A stretch of 63,819 bases of DNA, counting the filler, from Nemertoderma westbladi (Eukaryota; Animalia; Xenacoelomorpha), in assembly GCA_032718475.1 (NCBI GenBank). It is 4 parts of 4 records of this genome, joined end to end, with 100 filler letters (N's around TTAATTAATTAA, not from the genome) between each part and the next. Parts side by side here need not be neighbours in the genome. Positions count along the whole stretch, not along the records: positions 1 to 20,366 come from JAUCBJ010003220.1; positions 20,467 to 46,813 come from JAUCBJ010007238.1; 2 more parts are not named here. The stretch is one strand, 5' to 3'. The position numbers were made by a program, and so were the translations under genes. Every line of letters begins with the position of its first letter. The stretch's first letter is position 1. Below are positions 13,002-25,020 of this stretch, one piece after another. The notes beneath the pieces are model-generated. The model was not told where the DNA came from. It was given only the letters and a program-made list of their open reading frames with translations, and did no database searches.

Positions 13002-13779
13002 CAGTGGAGTTCTGTTGTATCCAAACACGTTTACATTTCCGAGCATTTAACCAAGTCCCAAGCCGAACTTCTCAATGCGGCGCGGAAATTAAAATAACAG
13101 AAAATGTTTCACTCGGCATACTCCTGTGGTGGGAACATTTTTATCAAGACCAACGCGACTTATAAGGCTCGGTTTATTGATAGTTTAGCCAACCATAACC
13201 AGTTTACAACTATCCCCGTTGTAGTCACTACCAGTACCGGTAGCACTGCTGGCCGTTGATCTGGGGCTATCCCTAACAGCTCTAACCAGTCCCCCCAGCC
13301 CATTCGCCAACCACTATTGCTGACGGAGATAGAGGGGCTCCCCGGCGGAGCGACGGTGCGAGGTAGAAGATGGAGAGGAAAAAGATAGATTGGAGAGTTG
13401 GTAGGTAGGCAAAGAAGTATCTGAGTCGTAGAGGGTAGGTGATTGATTGATTGATGTTTATTGTCATCACATATACCCAATTATTCTTAAAACACAAATA
13501 AATTACTTAGTGGCCATGTGTAGCCTAGTGAGACCAGTGAATGTACCAGTAAAACAATATAATATTTATCGTATGTACAAATAAACAAATTATGTATATA
13601 GTACAATAATAATAATATGAAAAATAGGATTATTATGAGTAGCCACAAAGGGATTAATTTGTCAACCCTTCTCCAGGTAAATATTGCACATTTCTAACAC
13701 TTTTAGTGTCCAGTTCAATGTCGTCATTAACGACCATAATAAAGGAGCTCGTACAATCCTTGACACTTGGTCTCCAAAT

Positions 13780-14190
13780 CTTCCTAGGTCCCTTCTTCTG
13801 TCTCACAGAAACGTTATGGCATAACGTAGTAGAGACGGCTAGGAGATGGCTAACAAGGCATCAAGAATGGATTCACCTGAAACTGTAACATGCACTGTCG
13901 GGAGGGATGGGAGGTCACTATCAGCTGACTTTCCAGGTTTACCAACCCAACTATAACCCAGCCCCAAGTGTTGTTTCTTCCTTCGATACTATCGGCTATG
14001 AAAGCCTCAATAACGTCAATGTCCTCGAGTTCAATCTCAGCCAGCAACATTCATAACATCTCAAATAGAGACAAATATAGACGACTTTAAAATCATGGAG
14101 ACCAGGGGAGGTTAACTCCATGATGAGCACCCAGTTCGTGGTAGCCGCTGCTGAAAGGCAGCAGCATGTGACACCTGTCCTAAAGTCGCA
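13780..14190 (+). mobile_element. Possible highly decayed L2-type LINE 3' fragment
   Basis: AMKASITSMSSSSISASNIHNISNRDKY and QHVTPVLKSH weakly recall L2 C-terminal motifs (HITPVLKSLHWLP). Confidence 0.3.
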
Positions 14191-14770
14191 CAGCGGGCCA
14201 GGCACACAGGATCCTCGTATCCGATGTTTATAGAGTCACACAGCGGGCCAGGGCACACAGGATCCTCATATCCGATGTTTGTAGGGTCACACAGCGGGCT
14301 GGGGCACACAGGATCCTCATATCTGATGTTTGTAGAGTCACACAGCGGGCCGGGGCACACAGGATCCTCGTATCTGATGTTTGTAGAGTCACACAGCGGG
14401 CCAGGGCACACAGGATCTTCGTATCCGATGTTTGTAGAGTCACACAGCAGGCCGGGGCACACAGGATCCTCGTATCCGATGTTTGTAGAGAGAGTCACAC
14501 AGTGGGCCGGGGCATACAGGATCCTCGTATCTGATGTTTGTAGAGTCACACAGCGGGCCAGGGCACACATGATCCTCGTATCCGATGTTTGTAGAGTCAC
14601 ACAGCGGGCCGGGGCACACAGGATCCTCGTATCTGATGTTTATAGGGTGACATAGCGGGCCAGGGCACACAGGATCCTCGTATCCGATGTTTGTAGAGTC
14701 ACACAGTGGGCCAGGGCACACAGCATCCTCGTATCCGATGTTTGTAGAGTCACACAGCGGGCTGGGGCAC
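14185..14770. repeat. 51-bp GC-rich minisatellite, ~11.5 copies
   Basis: Unit GTCACACAGCGGGCCAGGGCACACAGGATCCTCGTATCCGATGTTTGTAGA. Confidence 0.95.
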
Positions 14771-15022
14771 AATTTTGTCGGACAACAACAGATGTACAAA
14801 CAGACTTATAGTACAGACTTTAGTGTGAATGTTATATATCAAACCAATAATTATAAGGTGCACACTTTTTCATTATTATCATGTTATTTTTTCGCGAATT
14901 TACATGATTATTTCATGCACGAGTTAACTCTGGATGAGTTCTTGATAGCTTATAGAAGGCTTGGATATTTCACTAAATAATGCATATATTTTACTGGAAA
15001 TATATTTTTTTTCATCCGCAAG

Positions 15023-15515
15023 TTATAGGCTATCGAAAATGACAATAAAAAAAATGGGTCATTTTTTGACAGGTTGCTGCTAAAAAAGTGGTTCGTTAAG
15101 TGGTTAAACACTCAGGTATTTTAGTACTTTTAGTACTCAGGTACTCAGGGGGAACACCATCTACTCCACTGGCACAATTGGTCTTAATGCTCTTTGCAGC
15201 AGCCTTCACTTCTGCAAAGGAGATATCACCAATGGGAATATCTGGGAGTACAGACTCAGGGTATTGCCTGATAACTTTATAGAAGTAAAAGTGTCTGAGT
15301 CTGTACTCCCAGATATTCCCATTGGTGATATCTCCTTTGCAGAAGTGAACGCTGCTGCAAAGAGCATTAAGACCAATCGTGCCAGTGGAGTAGATGGTGT
15401 TCCCCTGAGGTCTTTAAAATACCTGAGTGTTTAACCACTTAACGAACCACTTTTTTAGCGGCAACCTGTCAAAAAATGACCTATTTTTTTTATTGTCATT
15501 TTCGATAGCCTATAA
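15023..15515. repeat. Long inverted repeat (arms 15023-15259 and 15295-15515, 35-bp spacer), partly made of an RTE-group LINE fragment
   Basis: The arms are near-perfect reverse complements. The inner part reads ESVLPDIPIGDISFAEVNAAAKSIKTNRASGVDGVP, homologous to the pre-RT region in ORF 19043-19486. Confidence 0.9.
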
Positions 15516-17610
15516 TTATTGAGGAGCTTTTCAAAGTGGGCCTTCCAACCATTGAGGCGATCGGCTGGTGATTTAGCCTTAACCTTGGTGGTTGGTTGGC
15601 TTTTCCGCCCAGTAAGCAAGTTGATCGATTTCCATGCCTGGGATGATTGCCTGTTGTCGTCAGCATCATTGCCTTATTATTATTGAGTTATATAGTTACA
15701 TATTGAGTTCGGGAAAAGCATAAATAATAGCTATTACTGAAATGTTTATATTATTGCCATAAGAGGTGATAATTAACAGTAATACCCATAACCAATATTA
15801 TTCCTAGATATTCAGATATTGTATATATAATTACTGTATTAGGACAGTCTGCCAGTTGGCGAATCCGGTATTCCAGTTTTTTCCTGGAATCCATTCAGCT
15901 GTAAAGGTGTACCCAATGAGTTTTTCTTTGAGTCGCTGTAAACGTCTATTTTCTATCATATCGAGCTGTTTCATATTTAATATCGATAGAAGCGGTTTGT
16001 GGTCCGTTTTTATGTAGAAGTGAGGGCAGCCCTGCAGATAGACCTTACACTTCTTTATGGCCCACTGAACACCAAGTAGTTCTCGTTCAACTACAGCCCA
16101 ATTTTGTTCTGTTTGGGTTACAGAACGACTACCACAATTGATTATTCGCCATTTTGCGCCATATTGTTGTGTAAGGACATAACCAATACCTGTTTTAGAA
16201 GTGCCAGTAAAGAGCGCAGTAGGTCGGTTGATATCGTATGACATTAAAACGCTGCGCGAACGAAGTAATAACAGCCCCAAGGAGTTAAAAATGTTGTTAG
16301 GTGTTGGCTGTTAGCATCAATGGGGATTTGCCAATATCCCTGTACAGCGTCCATGGTGAAGAAGAAATTAGATTCGGGTGGCACACTGGCTATTATATCA
16401 GATGCACAGGTAAAGGGGTGGATAGGACGTTCTCAAATTGGTTTAGCCGCGTATAGTCAACACAGATTCGTACACCACCCCTGGGTTTTTCGACTACAAC
16501 CATAGGTGCAACCCATTTAGGCGGTGGAGCTCCTGGGTCTACCTTTTTAATTACCCCAAGGTGTTCTAGCCTGATTAGTTCTGCTTTCGTACCTGACACT
16601 ATGATTGGAATTTTCCGAGCAGTATAAATTTTAAATGGTACTGCATTTGTTTTCAAATGTATTGTCATGGGTGGTATGTGCATAGGGGTCAAAGTAGAAA
16701 CATCGAATACATCTGCAAATTCTTCTAACAGCTGATTGCGGGCAGAGTCGGCTTCTGCAACCGATTGTACCTGATGTACAATGTGTTCGGGAATTGGGTA
16801 AGACATGGGTATAATTTTCAGTGTTTTCAAAATATACCACGGTAATATAAATGTATTAGTTACCTCAGTAACAACTGCTGTAATAGTTATTTTAGTACAA
16901 TAGTATTCGATATTTAAGGTGACTGTTCCGCAAAATTCAATAAGTTGTCGATTAGCAGCGAATATTTTTGGGCGCTGCGTTTTATTAACTGTGTTTACCA
17001 AATTATTTTTGTCTAAGATACTGACAGGAACTATAGGTGCGTCAGCGCCAGTGTCTGGTAACGCCTCACACTCGAATTTATTATTATTTACCCCAGTTAC
17101 TAGGATAATTGCCAAAGGTGCTCATTTAGCAATATCTTTAATACTAAATTGGTCAGTAATGTCATGTGTGACATTAACAACCTGTTGGTTTATTAGCTCC
17201 TGTAGAACAGAGTACTGCCTGTTCAGGGACCTAGATGCAGCCTTAACTGCATTCTTGGCTGCTGTAGTCTGTTTGAGTCGGGACTCTTTCTGCGCTTTAT
17301 ATAGGACATTTTGGCACTTCTGGATTTTGTTGTCAGTCCAGGGGGCCCTTTTCCTGTTTCGAGGGTATACAGGAACTGTTTCTGCAGCTGCTAACTTAAC
17401 TGCTTCTGTGAAAGCAGTATAGCCCTCACAGTGATCTGCCGCCTCAGAGGCAAGAACCTCATACCTGTTGCTCAGCTGTAGTGTGAAGCTGGACACTTGG
17501 CTGTTGCAACAGAGAGGACCAGTCATGCCGCGGCAAGGCAGATTTCGTTGTTCTGCTAGCACACAGACTAAGTCTTACCTTGGCCACAATAAGGCGGTGA
17601 TCACTTGAGA
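15516..17610 (-). mobile_element. Older RTE-group LINE ORF fragments (17150-17610 and 15516-15672) split by a Gypsy fragment
   Basis: APE endonuclease end LSSDHRLIVAKVRLSL at ~17570-17610, linker ORF 17122-17562, and continuation DDNRQSSQAWKSINLLTGRK...RLNGWKAHFEKLL at 15672-15516. Confidence 0.7.
15831..17115 (-). mobile_element. Ty3/Gypsy LTR retrotransposon pol fragment (protease, partial RT with internal deletion, RNase H), degenerate
   Basis: Protease ALPDTGAD; RT WVAPMVVVEKPRGGVRICVDYTRLN and TMDAVQGYWQIP; RNase H GIGYVLTQ, ERELLGVQWA, TDHKPL, WIPGK. Confidence 0.9.
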
Positions 17611-17700
17611 AGGGTCATTGTTTTTTACAGTAATTCTTCAATTCCTAAAAATTCAATTGCACAACACACTCTGTATAATTATCAAAGATAATTGACTGAC

Positions 17701-19567
17701 ACTACTACTACTAGGTCGAGCGAACTCGGACAGTGGAAATGAGATCCTTCCAGGCTTCCCGATTCTCCATAGTTGTCGCAATTTCGTTTCTCCTAAGTTC
17801 AGTATCCCTTTCAAGTTGATCTATATATGTCATGGCCGGTCGTCCATGACTACGCTTTCCATGAGTTGGTTGCCAGAAAAGTAGATCTGGTATGACCTCG
17901 TCATTACTTCGCCAGCAGTGCCCACTGAATCTTAATCTGCGTTCACGGAGGGTGGTTGATACAGGTGGTATTGTACCATAAAGCTCGGCGTTTGTCATGT
18001 GTTGTCTCCAGCTGATGTTTAGGGCTGCCCTTAGTAGTCTTGTGTAGCAACCATCAATTCGTTGTTCAAGTGATTTAGTCAGTGTCCAGGTCTCACCCCC
18101 ATATAAAATACACTTTCCACTGTGGCTCGAAAGAACTTAGTCTTCAGGTGCCTGGAGAGATCTGATTTCCAGATGGTATCCATTTTTGATAGAGCTACCC
18201 AAGCCTTTGCTTTCCTAACTTCTATGTCCTTTTTGCTACTCTCTATCCATGATCCAAGGTACTGGAAGTCATCGACCTTCCTTAGTTGATTATTATCAAT
18301 GGTTGTCAAGTTTCCATCAACATTAAAGGTCATGAATTCGGTCTTTGTAGCATTTATATGCAATCCAACCTCCTTAACAGCCCTCTCCACTTTATTTAGT
18401 AGAAGCTGTGCATCTGCTAGGGTATTAGAGAGCAGGGCGATGTCATCCGCAAAGTCGGTGTCTGTGACTGTAGTTGCCGGATATCTACTACTTCTGCGTT
18501 CTTGAAGTGTGAATCCCAGGTCTTCACCCTTTGTGGCCGTCCTCATTGCGTAATCCAGCACAATTACAAATAGTAATGGTGCTAATGTGTCACCTTGCAG
18601 TACGCCAGCCAGGATTGAGAAAAACTCAGTTTCACCATCTGGTGAGAGTACCTGCGCTTCTGTATCACAATATAACAATCCAATGCCAGCAACAATTACT
18701 TCTGGTATTCCATATGCTCTTAGGATTTCAAGCATTTTACCTCTATGGATGGAGTCGAATGCCTTCTTGAAGTCCACAAAAGTCATGACAGCGGGGAGAT
18801 TCTTTGACTTAATTCCTTCAATCAGTCTCCGTAGTGCAAGTATCTGAGCTATTGTTGATCTACTTGGTCGAAATCCGTTTTGGCTCTTACGCAGTAGTTT
18901 CTCTATGTGAGGCCTAATCCTATATAGAATCATTTTATTGTATATTTTGGCAGATACCACAAGCAGACAGATCTCACGATAGTTTGTTGGTATGCCGAGG
19001 TCTCCTTTCTTGGGGAGAGGCTTTATTTAGTTGACCTTTAGTCTAAATTGGTGGTGGCTTTTCCCCTTTTAACATCCGGTTGCAAACATTCAATAATGGT
19101 CTGTTTAGCACTCCGGTTTTCCATACCTCCGCTGGGATTTCATCTAATCCACTCGCTTTATTATTGGACATGCTTTTAATGCTTCTTTGGAGTTCGGCAG
19201 GTGTGAAGTCCCCTGTTTCTATAGGTAGTGTCTTGTCATATATTTTCCTTGTAGGGCTGACCTCGATGTTTGGTGGCTGCCCAAGCAAGTTGCTGAAGTG
19301 ATTTTTCCACTTCCCAACACGTTCTTCAGGACTATCGGCTTTGAGGCGCCCCTTTGCACAACTTTTCCGACCAGATACCTCATTTACAGTTTGCCAGGTA
19401 AGTCTTGATTGTTGCTGTATGTGAGCAGTTGTAATTGCTTCAGTTTTATCCTGTATGTACTTTTCCTGGCTGATGTTGTAGGCCAATTTAAAAGATCGTC
19501 CTTAGCTTTCTCAACCTTGTTAATGTTTTCGGTTGTTGGTTGTTCGGTTTTAACTTTGTAGGCTATC
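17701..19567 (-). mobile_element. RTE-group (RTE/Proto2-like) non-LTR retrotransposon, frameshifted, with (TAG)n tail
   Basis: QNGFR, FVDFKKAFDS, GVLQGDTLAPLLF, DFADD, FQYLGS, RRLRFSGHCWR. The stop codon runs into TAGTAGTAG at 17701-17713. Confidence 0.92.
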
Positions 19568-19571
19568 TTAA

Positions 19572-20366
19572 CCCTATTAGTACCGGGCTATAAAATGTTG
19601 TACAAATACCGGGGGGGGGGGGGGGGGGGTCATATTGACCCCTCCCTCTAAAATCTACAAATATTTACGAAAACGTCTGATTTTTTGTTTGTACGTAGGT
19701 ATCACTTGCCTGGATCCGACCGAAAAAAAAAAATTTCGAAAAAATGTACTGGGGTGGTTATATTGCAGCACCAAAATTACAAGTAGTGCACAATTTTCAC
19801 AAAATTTGAAAGTTACATTTTCGGCTAATTATTTTTCAATACAGGTTTTCTGGGGTGCAAAATACATTGGAAAATATTTAAAAATGATATGATTACTATA
19901 AATGGCTGTTTAGACCTCTCTGCGTAGGAAAAAAATGAAAAAAACAAGTAACCAGCACTTTTCAGTTAGAACACAAAATTATTAATTTACTTATACGATG
20001 CTATAAATTCACATTTCCAGGTTTTCGAGGGCGCTGATTCTAATGGAATACATTTCAAATATGCCAGATCATTGCTACTTGTATTTTTCGGCGTAATTTG
20101 GCAAATTTTGGTGCTAGCACCAAATTTCGTACCCATCACCAAAAAGTACAAGTTTGCGATGTCCAGTGCTGTTTTTATTGATTCCATCGGATTCAGGACC
20201 CTCATAAACCCGTATAACGCAAGAAACAAGGTGAAACTATCTACTGATCAATTTGCATATTTTCCAAAATTTGGTGCTGGCACAACAATTTTCACCCAAC
20301 GGCGAAAAATACAAGTTTGAGAACTCCTATGAAATTTTTACTGCTTCCATTGAATTAAGAACCATC
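19572..20366 (+). mobile_element. Probable piggyBac-type non-autonomous element, left end (runs off the contig)
   Basis: LINE similarity stops at TTAA (19568-19571), followed by CCCTATTAGTACCGGG. TTAA|CCCT is the piggyBac signature. The other end is not visible. Confidence 0.45.
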
Positions 20367-20466
20367 NNNNNNNNNNNNNNNNNNNNNNNNNNNNNNNNNN
20401 NNNNNNNNNNTTAATTAATTAANNNNNNNNNNNNNNNNNNNNNNNNNNNNNNNNNNNNNNNNNNNN
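20367..20466. other. Artificial contig linker
   Basis: N44-TTAATTAATTAA-N44, giving stops in all six frames. Confidence 0.97.
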
Positions 20467-20879
20467 TACGCTTTATACTTTAATCATAAGCAGTATCGTT
20501 GCGTTTAGTATAAGTCCTAGTTCTGTTTAAATAGATAAAGCGCCACGTCCTAAAGGAACTGTTAATATTTCCCGAAAGCCAATAATATCTGTCAGAGATT
20601 AATTATTAACGATCTATCGAATAATACATTAGGTATACACTGCAACCTTACACTGTAATAATACAATTCAAGCATCCGAATTCAGTCTCCCGGGTGTAGA
20701 TCCATCGGGTGAATGATCGCGCATGGGCTGACTTCGGCTAATGTTTTGCGTATTAGCATAAATTATTGTCGTATGCTAAAGTGGTTTTAATTAACTAAAA
20801 GACATATAAATTTTGGCAGGTTAAACTGCTAAAGGTCTTCAAAAGCGCGAACAAACTGTAACCTAGCAACCGTTCCTAC

Positions 20880-22278
20880 CACGCATGGCTCATTGCGGTA
20901 TCGTGAACCGATCCCGTAGAAACCACCCATTGTAGAGTTAACTCTTCGTGTAGTATACGTGATTGGCTAGGTGTGGCTGACAATGTCATTGGTTTATTGT
21001 CGTGTCTCTCATGAGAGGTGGGCGCTTGCATCATGTGCTGTACGTAGGAGTGTAGAAGGGGGTTGCGATGTCCTGAACTATCGGACCGATTAACGCTAAA
21101 GATATTGTGGACCTGAAACAAAAAATACGTCAACCTGTACGCTAATTTCACGGTAAAGGAGGCAGCACTGTCAGAACACCCGGACTTCCTCATCACAATA
21201 CCGGTAACTAAAATTTGTTTAAAAGGATAAACTGAAAGTTACTTGATAGAAAGTTTTTAGTATTACTGATTATCAAAAATCGTTTTAATTATATTTTTAA
21301 TAATTGAACATTATTATTAACCTTATCAACCAATGAAGTAAGTGCTTCGAACACGGATTGGCCAACGTTGATTGGATGTTGGTTTAAGAATGGATGATTG
21401 GCTAACTGATATAAAAGTTTGTCCAGTAAGATGGGCAGGAAATGTACCAGAGTTTCAGAGTTGGCGTCCGCTAAGGATGTGATGTTGCGTTTCAGTTCGG
21501 ATTCGAATAGGGCGTTGTCTGGAACATCCTGTTGGTATGGCAACGACGCTTTAAGGTAGGATTCTCGAGTTGAGTCGTCACAAACAGACAGAAAAGATTC
21601 TACCTACAGACAGAAAGAATGGATATTTACAGCATTAAGGGAATAAGTAGTAATCAAACATTGGATCGAATTAAACATTCCCAATCGAGGATCTAAGAGA
21701 GACAGGTGGGGAGAGGGGGAGGGGGGGGGGGGGGGGGGGGGGGTCGCGAATTACAGAAATACAAAAACGCTTTTCTACAAATATAAAATTATAAATTACA
21801 AAAATGCAACTATATTCAAGAACAAAGAGTAAGAAATATCAAGTGATAAAAGCCAATACTTTCTAATGATAACTTTTGTCATCACTTGTTTGCGCTGTGT
21901 TATTTTTGCATAATTTTAATCAAGTTTACTAAGTCGAAAGTCTGTATTATTAAAAAATATACTTATTTCATATTTATTTTATGTTTGAAGGCAAACTGGA
22001 GGGGTGGGGGGGGGGGGGGTCCATGGTTTTGCTCCGGGCACAACAATATACCCGAGTTCAGTCACTGCTAACCTTAGCGTCCAAAGGATGAACGCTGGAT
22101 ACGACATGCAACCGAACGCTGAACACAGGTTTATGGTTATCCAACCACTTTACGCTCGGCAGATTAACACTCGGGGGCAAAAGTGAAAAGTTGGGCGGCG
22201 GTGTTTCCAGGGCGACCGGTAAATCCAGCTGGCCGTGTAGGAGAGAGCCTTCCTTTAGTAGCGGCAACCACGACATAC
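20880..22278 (-). CDS. DOCK-C family GEF (DOCK6/7/8-like), three internal exons: 22073-22278, 21322-21603, 20880-21112
   Basis: End of the DHR-1/C2 domain (SWLPLL..G...LPVALETPPPNFSLL..VNLPSVKWLDNHKPVF), then LVHFLPILLDKLL..NVGQSVFEAL, RNPLLHSYV and RILHEELTLQWVVSTGSVHDTAMSHAW. All junctions are GT-AG with compatible phases. Confidence 0.92.
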
Positions 22279-22295
22279 CTGGGGAGGAGCAATGG

Positions 22296-22734
22296 AAGTA
22301 AAGTAAAGTAAAGTAAAGTAAAGCAAAGCAAAGTAAAGTAAAGTAAAGTAAAGTAACGTAAAGTAAAGTAAAGTAAAGTAAAGTAAAGTAAAGTAAAGTA
22401 AAGTAAAGTAAAGTAAAGTAAAGTAAAGTAAAGTAAAGTAAAGTAAAGTAAAGTAAAGTAAAGTAAAGTAAAGTAAAGTAAAGTAAAGTAAAGTAAAGTA
22501 AAGTAAAGTAAAGTAAAGTAAAGTAAAGTAAAGTAAAGTAAAGTAAAGTAAAGTAAAGTAAAGTAAAGTAAAGTAAAGTAAAGTAAAGTAAAGTAAAGTA
22601 AAGTAAAGTAAAGTAAAGTAAAGTAAAGTAAAGTAAAGTAAAGTAAAGTAAAGTAAAGTAAAGTAAAGTAAAGTAAAGTAAAATAAAGTAAAGTAAAATA
22701 AAGTAAAGTAAAGTATAGTAAAGTAAAGTAAGTC
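22296..22734. repeat. (AAAGT)n microsatellite, ~88 copies, in a DOCK intron next to the acceptor
   Basis: Directly visible pentamer run. Confidence 0.98.
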
Positions 22735-23218
22735 ACATTTCTCTTGAATATTACCTATATGACAGTGAGGTCGCCAAACTAACTACGAAGATAGAATACA
22801 AGCATTTGTGTTTCGTCATAGACTGAGACTATGTTCGATCAAGGACTTATATACTCCAAACTACAAATTTCCGCAGTAGAAACCTTTGCGCTATCTCAAA
22901 TCAAATCGAGTTCATAACTACAAAGCTTTGTGCAATGTGTTTGTAGAAACCTCTGCAGCAGGTGCTATAAGTAACGTCTTTAAATACTAGTATAAAGGGG
23001 CACCTTGGACTAAGTACAAAGTACTCTGTCCACAGGAATATAAGACTATAAGATTACAAGATTATATTGTCATTAACGCTTGAAATGTTTTATTTTTAAT
23101 GAAAATTATTAAGAGGTTGCAAAGCGGAATTAGCCGGTATTTATCAAACAAATCACAACAATTGGTGTGTTAGTGTTGTTGGCAAAGAATAACAGTAATT
23201 AGTACCAGTTTAGTTTAA

Positions 23219-24106
23219 TTACTCGTCTGCTACAAGATTTCTAAACATCTTCGCCGCGTTGACATGAGGTTTGATTGTCTTTCCTTTGCCAACGTTAAAC
23301 GCCACAAGCCTTATTGCCATTTCATTTTCTGACACTATTTTCGCGGCAGTTAGCATCGCATTTAACAACTTCTCAACCTGCTTACGTATAAATGATTTTT
23401 TGTATTTGTCTTTCTCATGTATAGATTCGGTAACGGTCATATTAACGACACAATAATCTATAGTCTCCTGATTGTCACCAATTGTAGTATGCACTAGTCT
23501 TGCAGAAGTCGTTAATATATGAACTTTATCCTCCTGTCCAAACTTTCCTGCGGCCTGTGACATCATATCTGAATGTTCGAGCATAAAAGCTGCTGACGAT
23601 ATCATTGAATCCAAGAGATCCTTGGCGGTGTTATGACAATCATTGTACTCAGTCTTACCATTACAGCTCGTCTCCGTGATCATTCCTTTGGTTTGTTTTT
23701 TCTTCATAATTTTTTTAACGAAAGTTACAATCAATTCCTTCCGGAGAATCTCCCGGAAGGAGAAGGGTTTCTTTATTATTTTCTTCTTGAGATCTTTGCG
23801 GACAAATGTGGCGCTCTGTGGGACCTTACTAGCTCCTTGCACATCTGCTTTGTCCTCTACTCCTTTGGTAGGCTCATCACGAATGAGTGGCGGCAGATAT
23901 TTATTTCTAATATTCCTTTGTAGCGACGAAATTGTTTCACCTAACTTCTTCACCCCATAATCTTGAATCGAGTCTGCAGAAATGTTCATGTTTGAATAAT
24001 TTATTTGTCTGTAGTTTGTCAAAATGCCAGCCAAAGGTGATTTTGTACCAAACTTTTCATACCATTTGATTTTATTATCTGAATCTATTACACTCCCCCC
24101 TCCCAT
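23219..24106 (-). CDS. Orphan intronless protein, 295 aa, with two ~45-aa helical modules
   Basis: Long ATG-to-stop ORF in AT-rich DNA. The internal repeat is shared with 33314-35104. Confidence 0.7.
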   Translation of the reverse strand: MGGGSVIDSDNKIKWYEKFGTKSPLAGILTNYRQINYSNMNISADSIQDYGVKKLGETISSLQRNIRNKYLPPLIRDEPTKGVEDKADVQGASKVPQSATFVRKDLKKKIIKKPFSFREILRKELIVTFVKKIMKKKQTKGMITETSCNGKTEYNDCHNTAKDLLDSMISSAAFMLEHSDMMSQAAGKFGQEDKVHILTTSARLVHTTIGDNQETIDYCVVNMTVTESIHEKDKYKKSFIRKQVEKLLNAMLTAAKIVSENEMAIRLVAFNVGKGKTIKPHVNAAKMFRNLVADE

Positions 24107-24303
24107 GTCTATTTTTCACTTATCGAATTCATATAAATCATTGATCGTTATTTGTTTTCTTATGATTGAGCAATTTATCTTAAAAAACTTATTATATTCT
24201 AGAATATCAGTTTTTCAAAAATAAATAGCTAGCATTGGTATTACTTGACCCACCCCCCCCCCCCCCCCCCCCCCTTTATGGCAAATTTAACGCTTCATTA
24301 TTT

Positions 24304-25020
24304 AGTTATTTTGTTACATTATGTCAACTTAACAACGTTATGGTGAATTACTCGTAACGCTGCAAAGTACTACTTTGCAGTGTTGCGGCCTATAGGACGG
24401 AACGCTGCAAAGTAATCAATGACATGGAAACAACTTAAATTACTGTATTCCAGAATGTATTATTTCCATTAATGTTAATGAGTGCTGCTTTATTATCCAG
24501 TTTGCAGTGACGGGATTAGCTACTGTAAGTAAATATTTGTTTAACGTGTGTAGGCCTACTGTAATCCATTATGGCGAAACGTCCAATAGAAGACGCTTTA
24601 GAGAAAATGACCAAAGAAAATAGCGACAGTGTTCAGTAAAACTGAACGGATGCAGGCAGGCGATGACGGTCAAGATGGATTAACGATTTAGATAACAACA
24701 ATAAACTTTAATTATAGATAGATATAAATGTAATATTAATACTGTGTACCTGTTAATAAATTTCACTTATATTCGATATAGTTAGTACATGATTAAAATG
24801 TGTAAATTGAGTATCCATAAAATCCTTTCTTCACATGCGAACGCTGATAAGTTGACATAATGTAACAAAATTACATACATCATTGCTTGCAAAGGTCACT
24901 TTTCAGCGTTAAAGACCCTTGTTTATTTATGTAAACCTCCCTCGCTGAGCTCGCTCGGTACATAAATAAACTCGGGTCATAACGCTGCAAAGTGCTACTT
25001 TGCACACAATGATGTAAATA
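24304..25020. mobile_element. Non-autonomous element with nested inverted repeats and a terminal ~145-bp hairpin
   Basis: IR ATTTTGTTACATTATGTCAACTTA at ~24307 and ~24849. Hairpin ~24877-25016 with loop CCTCGCTGAGCTCGCTCGG. Confidence 0.6.

Noticed and set aside
20367-20466. TTAATTAATTAA between N runs as a biological motif, and gene linkage across the gaps
   Set aside because: The identical 100-bp linker occurs three times and is a concatenation artefact, so cross-contig adjacency is meaningless.
22164-22736. 190-aa (LLYFT)n ORF
   Set aside because: Translation of the (TTTAC)n microsatellite.
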